The position numbers and the translations under genes are program-made. This document shows, piece after piece, positions 1 to 12,410 of a DNA stretch of 63,550 bases (its first letter is position 1; each line of letters begins with the position of its first letter). The stretch lies in NCBI GenBank assembly GCA_030324005.1, contig JARDVH010000042.1, positions 74,814,512-74,878,061 on the forward strand. Reading direction: 5' to 3'. The notes beneath the pieces were generated by a model. The model saw nothing but the letters and a program-made list of their open reading frames with translations. It was not told where the DNA came from and searched no databases. The DNA is from Negaprion brevirostris (Eukaryota).

Positions 1-212
1 AATTCCCCAGTAAGCTCTGCGACTTCCAGTTCTTGAGCCTCCACTGGCTCAAGACGGTGAACACGGTCTCAACATCACCTGTAGCAAAATAAATAATTTA
101 AGTAATTGCAGTCCAAGTACATACCTTGCTGGATCAGCCTAACGTATTCTGCTGTATTCATTCTAACAGTTACAAGACAAACAAATCTAATTCTAAATTA
201 TTCCAAAGAAAT

Positions 213-410
213 TCCAAGTCCAAAGATGTGCAGGTTAGGTTGATTGGCCATGCTAAGAAATTGCCCCTTAGTGTCCAGGTTAGAGGGGTTAGTGGGTATA
301 ATATGTAGGGATATGGGGGTAGGGCCTGGGTGGGATTGTGTTTGGCGCAGACTCGATGGGCCAAAGGGCCTCTTTCTGCACTGTAGGGTTCTATGATTCT
401 ATGACTCTAT
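213..410 (+). mobile_element. HE1-type SINE, 3' half
   Basis: gtccaaagatgtgcaggttaggttgattggccatgct...ctgcactgtagggttctatgattctatg; same sequence as the full copy at 12411. Confidence 0.85.
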
Positions 411-1069
411 CAAGTCGACAAACCTTTCCATGATCCACCCCACCCCCACCGCCCCACCCACTCTGATTCCATGGCAGGCAGGATGGTAAAATACCAGCCT
501 AGATATGATTCCTTGTTATAAAATACTTACGAAACAATCCCAATTGTACTAATTTAGGATTGGCAGTTGGGCTTGCAGNNNNNNNNNNGCCTGGGTGGGA
601 TTGTGTTTGGCGCAGACTCGATGGGCCAAAGGGCCTCTTTCTGCACTGTAGGGTTCTATGTTCTATTTGTTCCTATCTCAAATCAATGTTTCCTTTCCTA
701 GTTCAGTTCCTGCTCATGTACATGCAAGACTGTTCTGACGTCCTCCACCATAATCCAAAATGCCAATGTCAACTACCCGTCATTACAAAGGGAACAGTCC
801 CTCTTCCCCTCCATTTGTCATCAAGACAGCCTATTGCTGTTTCCTCCTTGTACAACCTTCAATCAATCTCCACCCACCAGCTTCCAGGTGGCTGGAATTG
901 TTCTCACATTGAACAACTTTTCTTTTAACCCCATACACTTCCTCCAAATAAGAGTGTCATGATGTGAACCTACATGGACCCTGGCCATTCCCATCATTTT
1001 GTAGGATGTGTTGAACTTCAGGACCTACTCCAGTCCCTCCTGTATTCTTCTCTTCCAGTAGCTGTTTTT

Positions 1070-1570
1070 TTAAAAATTTATGCTTGGGATATGATCATGA
1101 GTGACAAGACCAACATTTATTTTCCATCCCTAATTACCCTTGAGCAGGTGATGATGAGCTGCCACTCTGAACTACGGCAATCCGTGTGGTGTAGGTACAT
1201 CCACAGTGCTGTTAGGGAGGATGATTCAATAACAGTAAAGGAATAGCAATGCGGTACCAAGACAGGATGGTGTGAGACTTGAAGAGGAGCTTGAGACAGT
1301 GGTATTCCAATGCTTCTGCTACTCATGTTCTTCTATTTGGCAGAAATTGCAGATTTAGAAGGTGTTGTTGAAGAAACCTTGCCAAGTTGTAACTTATAAA
1401 TGGTTCACATTGTTGCTGCTGGGCACCGGTTATGAAGGGAGTGAAAGTTCAAGATGGTAGATGGGGTGCCAATCAAGTGAGCTTGGATGGCGTCAAGCTT
1501 CTGGAATATGTTGGATTTGCACTCATCCAGGCAATGGAGAATATGCCATTACACTCAGAATCACAGGGAT
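1070..1570 (-). mobile_element. CR1-group LINE 3' end (family shared with 28300-30180 and 62345-63060)
   Basis: Tail ...catttatttccatccctaattacccttgag... recurs near 44090, 62370 and 63460. A further fragment lies at 2260-2690. Confidence 0.65.
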
Positions 1571-1689
1571 ATTACAGTGCATAGGCAAGTTATTTGGCAC
1601 ATCGTGCCTGCACTGGTTTTCCAAGATCTCACACCACAAAGCCACCAGCTTCAAAATCTCAAAGCCATATCACACCAGCCTTCAGCCTC

Positions 1690-2250
1690 ACTTTAAGTAT
1701 GTCTATCCCCTTTGACCTTCCACTCTATTGTTTTTTTCTGCCCCCTAGAGTTCCTCTTTCCAGGATCAATTAATCTTATTCTTATTACTTTATGGCTGCT
1801 ATATATATGAAGTAAACTTATATTTTGCCTCATACATTTATGATTTCCAAATTGTATATTTCTTTTGAACCCCACCAGTCGATTTTAAAACCACTCTCTT
1901 ATCTGCTAATGTAAATTCCTAGTNNNNACTGTTTCCTTGACCCACTCATTCATTACCATTTCAACCATCTTAACTACTTGCTGCATGAAAATATTTTCTC
2001 TCATATCACTTTTGCTTCTTTTGTCAATTACTTTAAATCTTGCCATCTCATTTTTGATTCTTTCATGAATGTCAAGAGTTTCTCCCTATCCACTCTGTCC
2101 AGACCCTTTATGATTTTAGATACCTAAATCACATCTGCAATCTCTCCAACATCTTCACATTCTTCCTAAAGTGTGGTGCCCAGAACTGAACACAGTAATC
2201 CACCTGAGGCCAAATCAGTGCCTTATATAAGTTCAAAATAATCTCCTTGT
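1690..2250 (-). mobile_element. Degenerate CR1 LINE 3' region
   Basis: Minus strand reads ...ggcctcaggtggattactgtgttcagttctgggcaccacactttagg (RPxLEYCVQFWAPHFR-like CR1 ORF2 C-terminus). Confidence 0.7.
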
Positions 2251-3079
2251 ACTTTGATTTGTGCCTTGTAGATGTGGATAGTCTTTGGGGATCCAGGAGT
2301 TGAGTTATTCAGTGCTGAATTCCCAGCTTCTGACCTGTTCTTGATTATATGTCTGGCCCAGTTGTGTAGCCAATGATAACCTCGAGGACATTGATAGTGG
2401 AGAATACTGCAAAGACAGTGACATTGAATGTCCGGGAATGGTTAGATTCTTTCTTGTTGGAGTTAGTAATTGCCTAGAGCAGACATCACTTGCCACTTAC
2501 CAGCCTGAATTTTGCCAAGGGCTTGCTGCATGTGGGCAAGGACTTCTTTCGTATCTGAATGGTATTGAACAATCATCAGCAAACATCCCCACTTCAGACA
2601 TTATGCTGGAGGAAAATCATTGATGAAGCAACTAAAGATGGTGGGACTTAAGACACTACCCTGAGGATCCCATGCAATGACAACGTGGCTCTGTGTCAGA
2701 GAAGTGAAGAATTTATTATCTGCTATATGTTAATTGTATGCAAGTGGTAGAAATTAACTAGGATTCGCTTGTGCTCCAATAAAAAAAACTGAAATTGTGG
2801 TTGTTGTATATGTAGAATTGCGGTTGTGGGATGTGTATCTTTTTATTGTGTACCTATGTAAATAAATATTTTGAAAAGTGTGTCAAGCTGGCTCCAGTTA
2901 TATTCTGCACCACCTGGCTTTTTGAGTTGTGATATGTAGCACACAATAGCTCCTGTCTAAAGGCCTCAATCAAGCGAGACCGCAAATTCCTGCCTGAGAT
3001 CAATGGACATTTCTATTGTCCGCTCCTCGCCCCCTCCGATTCTGTGGCGGGCAAGGTGATAGAATTCCAGCAGAAGTTT

Positions 3080-3900
3080 GGAAACCAAGATAAGAAATTT
3101 CAGACAGAAAAATCCTAATGGTCATAGTGGAAAATGGGAAGAAGCAAGTGTAAACTGTTGAAGTATGATAAACGTCTAATATTCTCAGAGTCTAAGCTGT
3201 AATATCAATGGAAATTGTAGTGTATTTGGAAACAGGTTATGTCCCTACTCAAGAGAAAATAAGGTACGGTCTTGGCATTGTCCTATTAAAAATAAAATCA
3301 GGTGTAAATATTTTGTGAGGTGGATGCCCTTCAGTTGGTTGGAGATGAAGGTTTTGACTTTTTGTGCTTTCATAGATAATATTAACAAAAAAGTGATCTG
3401 TTAATTGCCTCTGAGACATAGTTACAACTTTATAAATTTCAGGAAAGAGATTGTCTTTTCATATTTATGGACCTTCACAGATTGCATTAACGATTCAAAG
3501 ATTCTATTTTAGAATCACCAGATCAGGGGTATTATTTAAATTACTGAATTGTCCCAAGTTGGCTTATATGGAATGGCTGGATCTAAGGGATGTTCTGTTC
3601 TCTGTCCTATTGGATCAGGTGTCTGCTGCCTTCAAAAGGATTCCTGGGTAAGCAGTCATTTCCTTTAACTTTCATGGAACAAATGAGACATTCTGCAGTG
3701 ACATAAGGAATAGCTGGCTCAATGATGCCAGATTTCAAAATAGTCCAGATAGTAGATTCAGGCATGAGTACAATGGAAGGATTAAAGACAGACAGAAAGA
3801 GGATGAAAGCACCTTTAGAAGATCTGGTTGTTGCAGCAGAGATCAAAATAGGAGCAGTGATAACAGGCAAATGAATTCCAGCAATACTTATTGTGCTGGT
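3080..3900 (+). mobile_element. Decayed gag-like region of an LTR retrotransposon (Copia/GalEa-like, tentative)
   Basis: Frameshifted peptides such as YQWK..., GTVLALS, KNKIR, LFKLLNCPK and LLDQVSAAFKR resemble a recalled gag consensus. An AATAAA-bearing LTR-like segment lies at ~2692-2945. Confidence 0.4.
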
Positions 3901-3986
3901 GAGAAGACCAATAATAAAGTTGCAGGCAAGTTTAGGTATTGGTTAAAGTGTTTAGGTTGAAAAATGGGCCTCTTGCAGTGCTATAT

Positions 3987-4124
3987 AAAAGCAAATTACT
4001 GCAGATGCTGGAATCTGAAACCAAAAGAGAAAATGCTGGAAAATCTCAGGAGGTCTGGCAGCATCCATAAGGAGACAAAAGAGCTGATGTTTCGAGTCCA
4101 GATGACCCTTTGTCAAAGCTCTTT
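3987..4124 (-). mobile_element. Penelope-like element terminal repeat with variant hammerhead motif
   Basis: Minus strand: AGAGCT-TTGACAA-A-GGGTC-atctg-GACTC-GAAA-CATC-AGCTCT. Flanked by direct repeats at 3965-3986 and 4125-4145. Confidence 0.8.
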
Positions 4125-4149
4125 TGGGCTCTTGCAGTGCTATATGACT

Positions 4150-4990
4150 CCATAAATATCCTTCTGACTCCCATGTCTCTTATCTTCAGATGGTCCATTT
4201 CTGGTGCTCTACTTTGCTTCCTACCTTCTCAATCTCCATCTCTGGGGATAAATTACCCAGAGTTATCAATAACAAGGCCACTAACTCCCACAGCAACTTG
4301 GATTATACTTTTTCTTACCCTGCAAAGTCTTCTTTACTATCATTCAAACTCTCCATCTCTGACATGTCCCCAGAGCTTTTAAAGTACCCTCCTTTTTCCT
4401 CAGTCGAGGTCCTCTGTCCAGACTGCAGGGATCTCACCTCCATCTGTCCCATTTCCCAAAGTCTTGATCTCACCTCCCTCCTCCCTCGTAGAATGATGAT
4501 TGGATGCTCTTTGACCTCACCTTCATCCTATCAGTCTCTGCATTCATTGGATCTTCCCCTACCAATGCCACCATCTCTTGAATTTTCCAATCACATTGCT
4601 CCCTCTCAGCATACCAAAGAACCATACCAATACCCTGGAACATCCCTCCATCATCTCCAGCACCTGTCCTTTCAGCACATTCATTCACCTCATCCAAGTC
4701 TGAAACACTTCCTTCCGGATGAAAGTGTGATTTATTTGTAGTTCTTCCAACATATACTGTATATCAGCTCATGAAGCAGTATCCTCTGCATGTTTGATTG
4801 CTTTGATGACCACCCCCATTCTGTCCACAGGTGTGACCATGATCTTCCGGTCTCTTGTCATTTTAATTCTCTTTACCACTCCCACTTGGCCCCCTGCACC
4901 GTTCCAATGATGCTGAAGTTGAACTTTCCACAAGGCACTTTACAGCTTTCCAGTCTTAACAATAATTTTAACAACTTCAGACTCTGAGAC
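4150..4990 (+). mobile_element. Decayed Penelope-like element (RT C-terminus + GIY-YIG endonuclease)
   Basis: ORFs give SISGDKL...KATNSHSNLDYTFSYP (PLE RT thumb KPTDSHSYLDYxSSHP) and FDDHPHSVHRCDHDLPVSCHFNS...GTLQLSSLNNNFNNFR (PLE endonuclease C-terminus). Confidence 0.8.
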
Positions 4991-5859
4991 CTTGCTCTCA
5001 TTTTCTCCTGGATGGAGCTTCTGGTAATGAAGAAAGGATTTCCAGTAGCTACTCAGAATGGGAGTGNNNNNNNNNNNNNNNNNNNNAGATAGGATGATAC
5101 TTAGACACTTACTAGTTCATTGCTGGTGAGCAGTCAGTGAGGTGGTCTGTAGTAGGTTCTACCTGCCTTCCTCCTTTCACATTTCTGAGTCATGGGAGCC
5201 TTCTCTGCCTTGTCAGATTTTCCAAATATCGGCATGTGGAAAATGACGGGAATCCAAAAGTTAACTGCTGATCTTCCATTAGAAACAAAAATTGGGTGAT
5301 CTGTAACAACTTGTATTTAATCTGGGAGTATAGGCAACATTTCACCTCAGGGTCACTAGGTAGCAATCAGGGCTATTAGTAAAGATAAAAAATGCTGGCA
5401 ATACATAGAACATGAATTAATATCTGAAAAGCAATGATAGATTTATGTTGGGGATAAAGAGTCTTCACTAGATCAGAATTTGGAATCTTTCCTTCCCAAA
5501 AATGGTATAATTGTACCTTCCCAATTGCTGTATCAATAAAGATGAAGGATTAAATCTGGAACCTTAGGAGACAAACTTACATAATTAAAGAGTGATCTCA
5601 CTTGTGCTGCAAATGTGAGAAGAGCACTTATGTTTTTCCATTTTGAAACTTGAGCCCTCTGAACCCCAAGAATAGATTTTCACCCTGGAATAAATCCACA
5701 TTCTGTGTAATTAAAGAAAACATTACCAAACATTCATTCAAAAAGTTGTATACTTTCCCCTTTCCATTTTGCTTTGTGAAAACATTGATTATTGTTGGTT
5801 CCATCCACAAAGCTGGCACAAGTCGTTATTGTTCTTTTGTCAAAATCTTGATTGTGAGT

Positions 5860-6110
5860 ATCTTATTCAACAGTGAGGCGACATCACAGCCAATCCTCAG
5901 CCCAGTCTACCCATGCCTATTTCCTGCATTGGTTAGCACTGAGGGATGGAAAATCTGGCCAACTCTTCCCTTTCTTAACCCAGAGTCCCCAGAGTCAATT
6001 GCAATGCACCTTCAACCTCAACTGTGATCATCTAATTCAGGCCAGATCTCGGATCATGCGCAGAAATCAGCTATTCACTGTGTTAAGTCTGCTGAGCACT
6101 GCGGCATCAA
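5860..6110 (-). mobile_element. Ancient SINE-like repeat (related copies ~32340-32510 and ~52780-53100)
   Basis: Shared degenerate motifs (tagxtgatcxcag...caattgxcxc...gxctgtgxtxcc) between the three locations; family not named. Confidence 0.45.
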
Positions 6111-6603
6111 ACACTGAAATTCTGAACAGAATGATTTGGCTGAGGCACTGCTGTTTTTGTCCATTCCAGGTTTATGAGGTAAGCTGGTAGTTAAAATGAC
6201 AGCTGAAGTGGTACAGTTTGACATTCACAGGAGGTTGTTAACCTTGAGATACAATTACCGAAGGAAAATTAACTATGACCAGTACTAACTGTATTTTGTT
6301 TAAAAGAAGAAAACAGATTTACATGTATGTAGCATCATTTCACAACTCAAAAGGCTTCATATGAAATAAATTATTCTGAAATTAAATGATTGTTGTTACA
6401 AAGGTAAAGAGAATAGCAGAATGCACACAAAAGACCCTGCATTAAGTAATCTGTTTATTAATGGTTTGGCTTGATGGAAACATTTTAGTTAGAGAGGGTA
6501 TTTCTTTCTTTCTGGAAAGTATTGTGGGATATTTAATATGTATCTCCGCCAAAACAGGTAAAAGGAGCTTCTTATAACAACACCTTTGAATATCTCACCT
6601 GAG

Positions 6604-7385
6604 ACACTCAGATGTATCGGTCTATGAAGATAATGGGCTCAATTACTTCTGAGTTTTTAGGAACATCACTGCAGGAAATGCATATTGTCTTCGGATTAGG
6701 CTTGGAAGAGATTCATCAAAATGACACCAGTTGCTCAAGAGTTAAAGTCTGAGGAAAGATTGAGCTAACTAGGTTATTTCTTTTTCCTTGAGTTCTGAAG
6801 TTTGATGAGCGGTCTAACCAAGGTTTTCAAAATCATATAAGAGTTTGATTTAAATGCTGAGAAACAATGTCCCTTGGTGGGAAAATCCAGAACAAGTGAT
6901 GTAATTAGAGCCAGGCTATTTCAGAGAGAAATCAGGAAGCACTTAATATCACAAAGAGTAGGGGGAAATCCAGAATTCATTCCCTCAAAAGGTTGTGGAA
7001 ACATCAATTGAAATTTTCGATCGATTGAACTTTGTTGGCTGGGGGAAGAAGTGGTATGAAGCAAAGATGGATAAATGCAATTGAATCTGTCCTATGCCTA
7101 ATCCAAGGGCAATATGCATTTCCTGAGGTGATGTTCCTAAAACTAAAAGCAGCTCAGCTCACTATCGATACAGTTGAATGAATTTTATCGATCTCAGATT
7201 CTAAAATTTCAATTGCCTTTTGAGAGAATAAATTCTAGATTTCCTCTACTCTTTGTGATATTAAGTCCTTCCTGATCTCTCTGAAATGGCCTACCTCTAC
7301 TTATATCCCTTATTCAGATTAACCCTGATCTAATTGAATGGCGAAACATGCTTGGAAAATTGAATGCCTACCTCTAGCTTTCTTC
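6604..7385 (+). mobile_element. CR1 LINE 3' end with internal inversions
   Basis: CR1 ORF2 C-terminal sequence at 6640-7080, inverted duplicates at 7082-7180 and ~7195-7295, then the CR1 tail (gatctaattgaatggcg) at 7313-7385. Confidence 0.7.
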
Positions 7386-8012
7386 ATTATTATGCATTGG
7401 AATTGGGGTTTGAACTTTGAATCTTTTGACTAATAATAAAATTGAGACTCCTACTGAGATGAGTGATCACATATAGTCTGGGATTCTGGAAATGGTGCAA
7501 GACCAATTATTGGAGGCAAATTCCACAGATAATTGCAGCAGAATTTCCATGCAAGAAGCAGGCAAGCTCACATATTAGGAGATACAGATGTCTCACATGG
7601 CTGTAGTTAGCAAGTCAAGCTCATTGTGGAGTCTCTGTATCCACAGAAGGGTATGACACTGAATAAAAGAAATTGAATTGAAGATTCACATTCCATCAGA
7701 AATGGCTGAATCAGCACAAAAGATCAGCAAAGTTCAAACATGAGTGAGTATTCCCAAAACCACTCACAGTGAAATTGTGATGAATCAAATTCAGATGATG
7801 CAAAATACTGGTTATGTCAAAATCATTAACCAATCCCATTAGCAGAATAGCAAATCCCAGAGAATGATGCCCACGATAAACTGAAATGATCCCTCTGGTA
7901 ACTCTGGATTAATCAAATGTCTCTAAGCTTGTCATATGGCCGTGCCACCTAATCAGAATGGATTGCCCTTGGAGCGTTGGGCAAACCATCAATTGACAAT
8001 GAGACCTCCCTG

Positions 8013-8540
8013 TGAAAGAACAAAGAACAGTATAGCACAGGAACAGGTCCATCAGCCTGCACCGAACCATGACGCTTTTCTAAACTAAAGATCTTTGCTT
8101 CTCTGAGGTCTCTGTAGCCTGCTATTCCCTGTCTATTCATGTATCTGTCAAGATGCCTCTTAAACAATGTTATTATGTCTGTTTCTATCACCTCCTCTGG
8201 CAGCATATTCCAGGAACTTACCTGTGTAAACAAAATGCTCTCATATTTCCTTTAAACTTTCCCCTTTTACCCCTAGCAGTTGACACTTCTACCATGGGAA
8301 AAAGACTCTGCCTGTGCATTCTATCCATGCCTCTCATAATTTTGTAAACTTCAACCTCTGACTTTCAAGTGAAAACAAATCAAGTTTGTCCAATCTCTCC
8401 TCATAACTAATATTCTCCAAAGCAGGCAACATCCCGGTAAAACTTTTCTGTGCCCTCTCCAAAGTCTCTACATGCTTCTGGTTGTGTGGCAAACAGAACT
8501 GAATGCAATATCCCAAATGTGGCCTAACTAAAGGACACTA
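8013..8540 (-). mobile_element. CR1 (HER1-like) LINE 3' end
   Basis: ORFs YCIQFCLPHNQKHVETLERAQKSFTGMLP...YEERLDKLDLFSLE and WNMLPEEVIE...FKRHLDRYM; (aagaacaa)n tail. Confidence 0.9.
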
Positions 8541-8552
8541 CAAAGCCTACGA

Positions 8553-11350
8553 GTATGGCCAAATTTGTGAGAAAACTAAACGGTTTGTGAATCAGAAGGT
8601 GAAGTTGATACTGCATGTAGAAAACAGTGGCACAAAGTAGAAAGTGGACTTTGTGAAGGAGTGGGAGATTCCACCGCTGAGTTTGTCACCAAAATGAAAC
8701 AAAGGCAATCTTGGAACAGTCTGACATGCAAGTGAATTCTCCAGCAAGGAAGAAGATGAAAACAGCTGCCTATCCCGACATTGAAGAGGGTCTGCGAAAG
8801 TGGTTCAAGGTAGCCTGAGCAGAGAACATTCCCATCTCCGGTCCAGTTCTGCAGGAAAGAGGAGCCACCCTGACAGAGAATACACCATGGAGTACATCTG
8901 TAACAACTGCAGATTGATTCAAGACTAGGCAAAACATTGTCTTCCAAGTGGGAAATGGTGAGTATGATAGATGATTGGTCCAAAATAGTCCTACTCATGC
9001 CTTGAACGAGTCTGCACCATGAGACATTTTTAATACAGATGAAACCAAGGTGTTTTACTTGATTTTATTAGACTACTCTTTGATGTTTAATGGTGAAGCA
9101 TTTAATGATGGAAAGCAGTGCATATATTATGCCGTGTGCCAATATAGGTGGCACTTCTTGTGATAGGAAAGTCCAAGAAATCACATTGTTTCATGAATGT
9201 CAAGACACAACCCATGCAGTATGAGGTTAACAGGACCACCTAGATGACCTCCAGCAGTTTTGAGGTGTGGATCAGTATTAACGATAGGAGAGGATGACAA
9301 ACTGTATTTCTTTCCTCTCACCAACTGTCCAAAAGCAGTAGGTATTTTGAATTACTGGCTTTGTTTTCAGGACTGATAATGTCCCAGCTATTAACCTTTG
9401 AAAGAGTGACCATCCATTTGATGTTTTTGTGTCAGGAAGCCATTGGGGATGATTTTATGAGAAAAATTCTAAATGTCCATCTAGCATGAACACGAGAGAG
9501 TTTCAGATCTGCAAGTGTTTACTCCCATGCTTGCAGACTTAGACATTGAAAAAGTGGGATGGTCCGTTTCCAGCCAGTAGAGGCAGTGGGTGGGGCTTAA
9601 ATCACCAGCCAGTTTGCTCTATCAGCAGAGGGAGCTATTGCACCTCTATGGCTGCATATGCCCAATCGCAACAGCAGAGATCTGGCAGGCAAAAGATCTC
9701 TCCCAGCTATCGCGGGGGCCAGCAGCCAACCAGAAGCCCCACAAACAAGGGTAAGTAGCTCTGNNNNNNNNNNNNNNNNNNNNNNNNNNNNNNNNNNNNN
9801 NNNNNNNNNNNNNNNNNNNNNNNNNNNNNNNNNNNNNNNNNNNNNNNNNNNNNNNNNNNNNNNNNNNNNNNNNNNNNNNNNNNNNNNNNNNNNNNNNNNN
9901 NNNNNNNNNNNNNNNNNNNNNNNNNNNNNNNNNNNNNNNNNNNNNNNNNNNNNNNNNNNNNNNNNNNNNNNNNNNNNNNNNNNNNNNNNNNNNNNNNNNN
10001 NNNNNNNNNNNNNNNNNNNNNNNNNNNNNNNNNNNNNNNNNNNNNNNNNNNNNNNNNNNNNNNNNNNNNNNNNNNNNNNNNNNNNNNNNNNNNNNNNNNN
10101 NNNNNNNNNNNNNNNNNNNNNNNNNNNNNNNNNNNNNNNNNNNNNNNNNNNAAAGAAGCCTGGATACTTGAGTCCCAGGCTGGCTAAACAGATGTAAATG
10201 ATGATTTAAATAAATTTAAATAAATAATTCAGCCTCTCACCGGAAATGGGTAAGAGGCTGATTGCATTGGAAATCCAATGCCGGTAAGATTAATCGGGCA
10301 CAAACCTGATTTCTCAGCTCTCATGAATTTTACCGGCTTGCCCCACCCATCAGTGGCAGGGGGCAAGCTGGTAAAATCGTAGCCATTGTCTATTNNNNNN
10401 NNNNCAAATAATATTTATTGTCCTTTAAAGTCCCCTTTTGAAATGGACTTGGACAGCCCCAGGTGTGACCTAAGTCTATTAACCACTCTGCAGGCATAAT
10501 GAGTTTCAATCTGCAAGTCCCCTGGTTTCGTGAAGATGTTCTTACAATTGGATGTGAGATTCTTCGATGATAGGAGAATTATTTTGTTCTTGTTACTCCT
10601 GCTTGTATCTTTCAGAACAAAGGGGTAATCATTTGATTATGTGACTTGTAGCAGCCATCTTTTTTTTGGTTCAACGGAAAGTCCATTTTCAAAATAGCAA
10701 AGAGAATAAATTTTTGATACATAAAGTTTTGGATTTCTTCATGGACACAACAATCAGGAAAATGAACAAAATGTATCAATGAACGAAAAGGAAGATTATC
10801 ATCATTACAGATAGATGCTCTCCACACCCCAACATCCCTGGCCTCAAGAGCATCAGTTTGAAGTCAAGCTGAATAGGAATCAGAAACCCACTGCCAGCAG
10901 CAGCTGAGCTCTCAGTTTTTTAAATATTCTGGAGGCCATGTTATCATAAACAAGTGTGGAAGATGGTGACGGAAGGCACAGTTGCCAACTGCTTCCACCA
11001 TGCTGGGTATGACTACACAAGACATTGAGAACAAGAAAGAGCAGGGTGAGGCCAACCAACCTGATCACAAGGTACCTTTTGCTTGCCTGTGGGGGGACTA
11101 GCTGGTAATTCCAACAGGGACAACCGTGGAAACTTACACAGAGGTGTACAATGCTGTACACTGCACAACGGAACTGACAGATAATATCATCCTAGATGTA
11201 GTATGTTCTTCAACCAATGTCTCCAAGGGGACCAGCCTGTTTCCCTAGCTGATGGTGCAGTGGCTGTAGAGACCCTCCACGATTTCTCACTAAGAACAAA
11301 AACACCAAAGTCATGTTTGGCTACATTGACGGCATGGTGGACTATATTGC
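8553..11350 (+). pseudogene. Tigger/pogo (CENP-B/TIGD-like) transposase relic, split by insertions at ~9340-10850
   Basis: RKKMKTAAYPDIEEGLRKWFKVA*AENIPISGPVLQE (CENP-B HTH), DIFNTDETKVFY, LVIGKSKKSHCFMNVK...*MTSSSFEVW (DDE domain), then VWKMVTEGTVANCFHHAG at ~10955-11008. Multiple stops and frameshifts. Confidence 0.85.
9445..10384. mobile_element. Non-autonomous PIF/Harbinger-type element
   Basis: TIRs ggggatgattttat / gtaaaatcgtagcc (10/14 match) with a 3-bp TSD ATT on both sides; contains an N gap. Confidence 0.65.
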
Positions 11351-11508
11351 CCTTGTCTTCACCCCACTTATAACTGCAACACTAAATTCTGCACCATGTC
11401 CTTTTCCCCTATGTACTTAATGAATGGTATATTTTTCCTGCACAGCACACAAGTAACAATACTTTTTGCTGTATCTCAGTACATGTGACAATAATAAATC
11501 AAATCAAA
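11330..11508 (+). mobile_element. Rex1/Babar-like LINE 3' end (also 28495-28800 minus, 49632-49950 plus)
   Basis: Recurrent tail ...gtacatgtgacaataataaatcaaatcaaa; the family name is tentative. Confidence 0.55.
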
Positions 11509-12410
11509 GATAGCAGGTGGGATTTTATGGCATCGCTCATCCCGAAACTGTGAAATCCCACCTGAGTTCATCGAACCTTTCCATTGTCTAGCCCTCACCC
11601 GCCCTGATTCCCGTGGTGGACGTGACGGTAAAATTCCGACCAGAATGCCAGCAGAAAAAGATGAATAAGCTTCTCCAGAGCTAACTTCTGGCATTTGTCA
11701 ATGCAAAACTCCAAACTTTTACAAAGTCAGTGTATTATAAGATGTGAATAAATTGAACAAAGACGTTTTCACACATTTAATGCTTTACTGCGTGTTCATT
11801 TGGCATTTGATTTTGATGTTGTTTTGACACTATGTTTGTTGGCATATCAGGTTACATGGCGATGCATTCATGTGGAAATGGAGCCTCCTTGGTTATCACA
11901 AAGCCCTGTTTAACATGAGTTTGTGGGCGGATGCCATGGGCTTTGATTCATCAGGTTTTTACTGAACATCAGGAGTTTTCACAATCTTTTATATCAGTTG
12001 AAGTCAGGCAAAAGATCTGGCCAAACCCTCAGGTCAACACTAAGGAATTCTGTGATTAACTTGGTTAGGGAAGGCTGTTCAGATTACACTTATTTTCTTA
12101 GATTTCAAGGCACTTTTTAAAAGACTTTGAGCAATTTGACTAGTGCACACCAATGAATCTAATAAGTGGTTCAGTGCAGTTTTTTGTCATTAAAGGTAGG
12201 TTGCTCACAAACAGAGTACTGGGCTTTAAGCTGCCTTTTTATTGTGAAAAACACATATTTGGCTGAATGAGTGAAGCCGCTGCGGAAGATTAGTTCTCAA
12301 ATACATCAATGAATATTTGTTCATGGAAGATCTTAAGTTTGAGAGTACACAAATATATTTCAGTGGAAACTTGAATTGCAACCTCTTTACTATCATTTTG
12401 GGCACATTTT

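Noticed and set aside
589-660. 72-bp exact duplicate of the SINE tail at ~324-395
   Set aside because: It directly abuts an N gap and lies in a high-copy SINE, so it is most likely an assembly artefact.
8553-11350. Domesticated TIGD/CENP-B gene
   Set aside because: In-frame stops, frameshifts and large insertions show it is a dead transposon.
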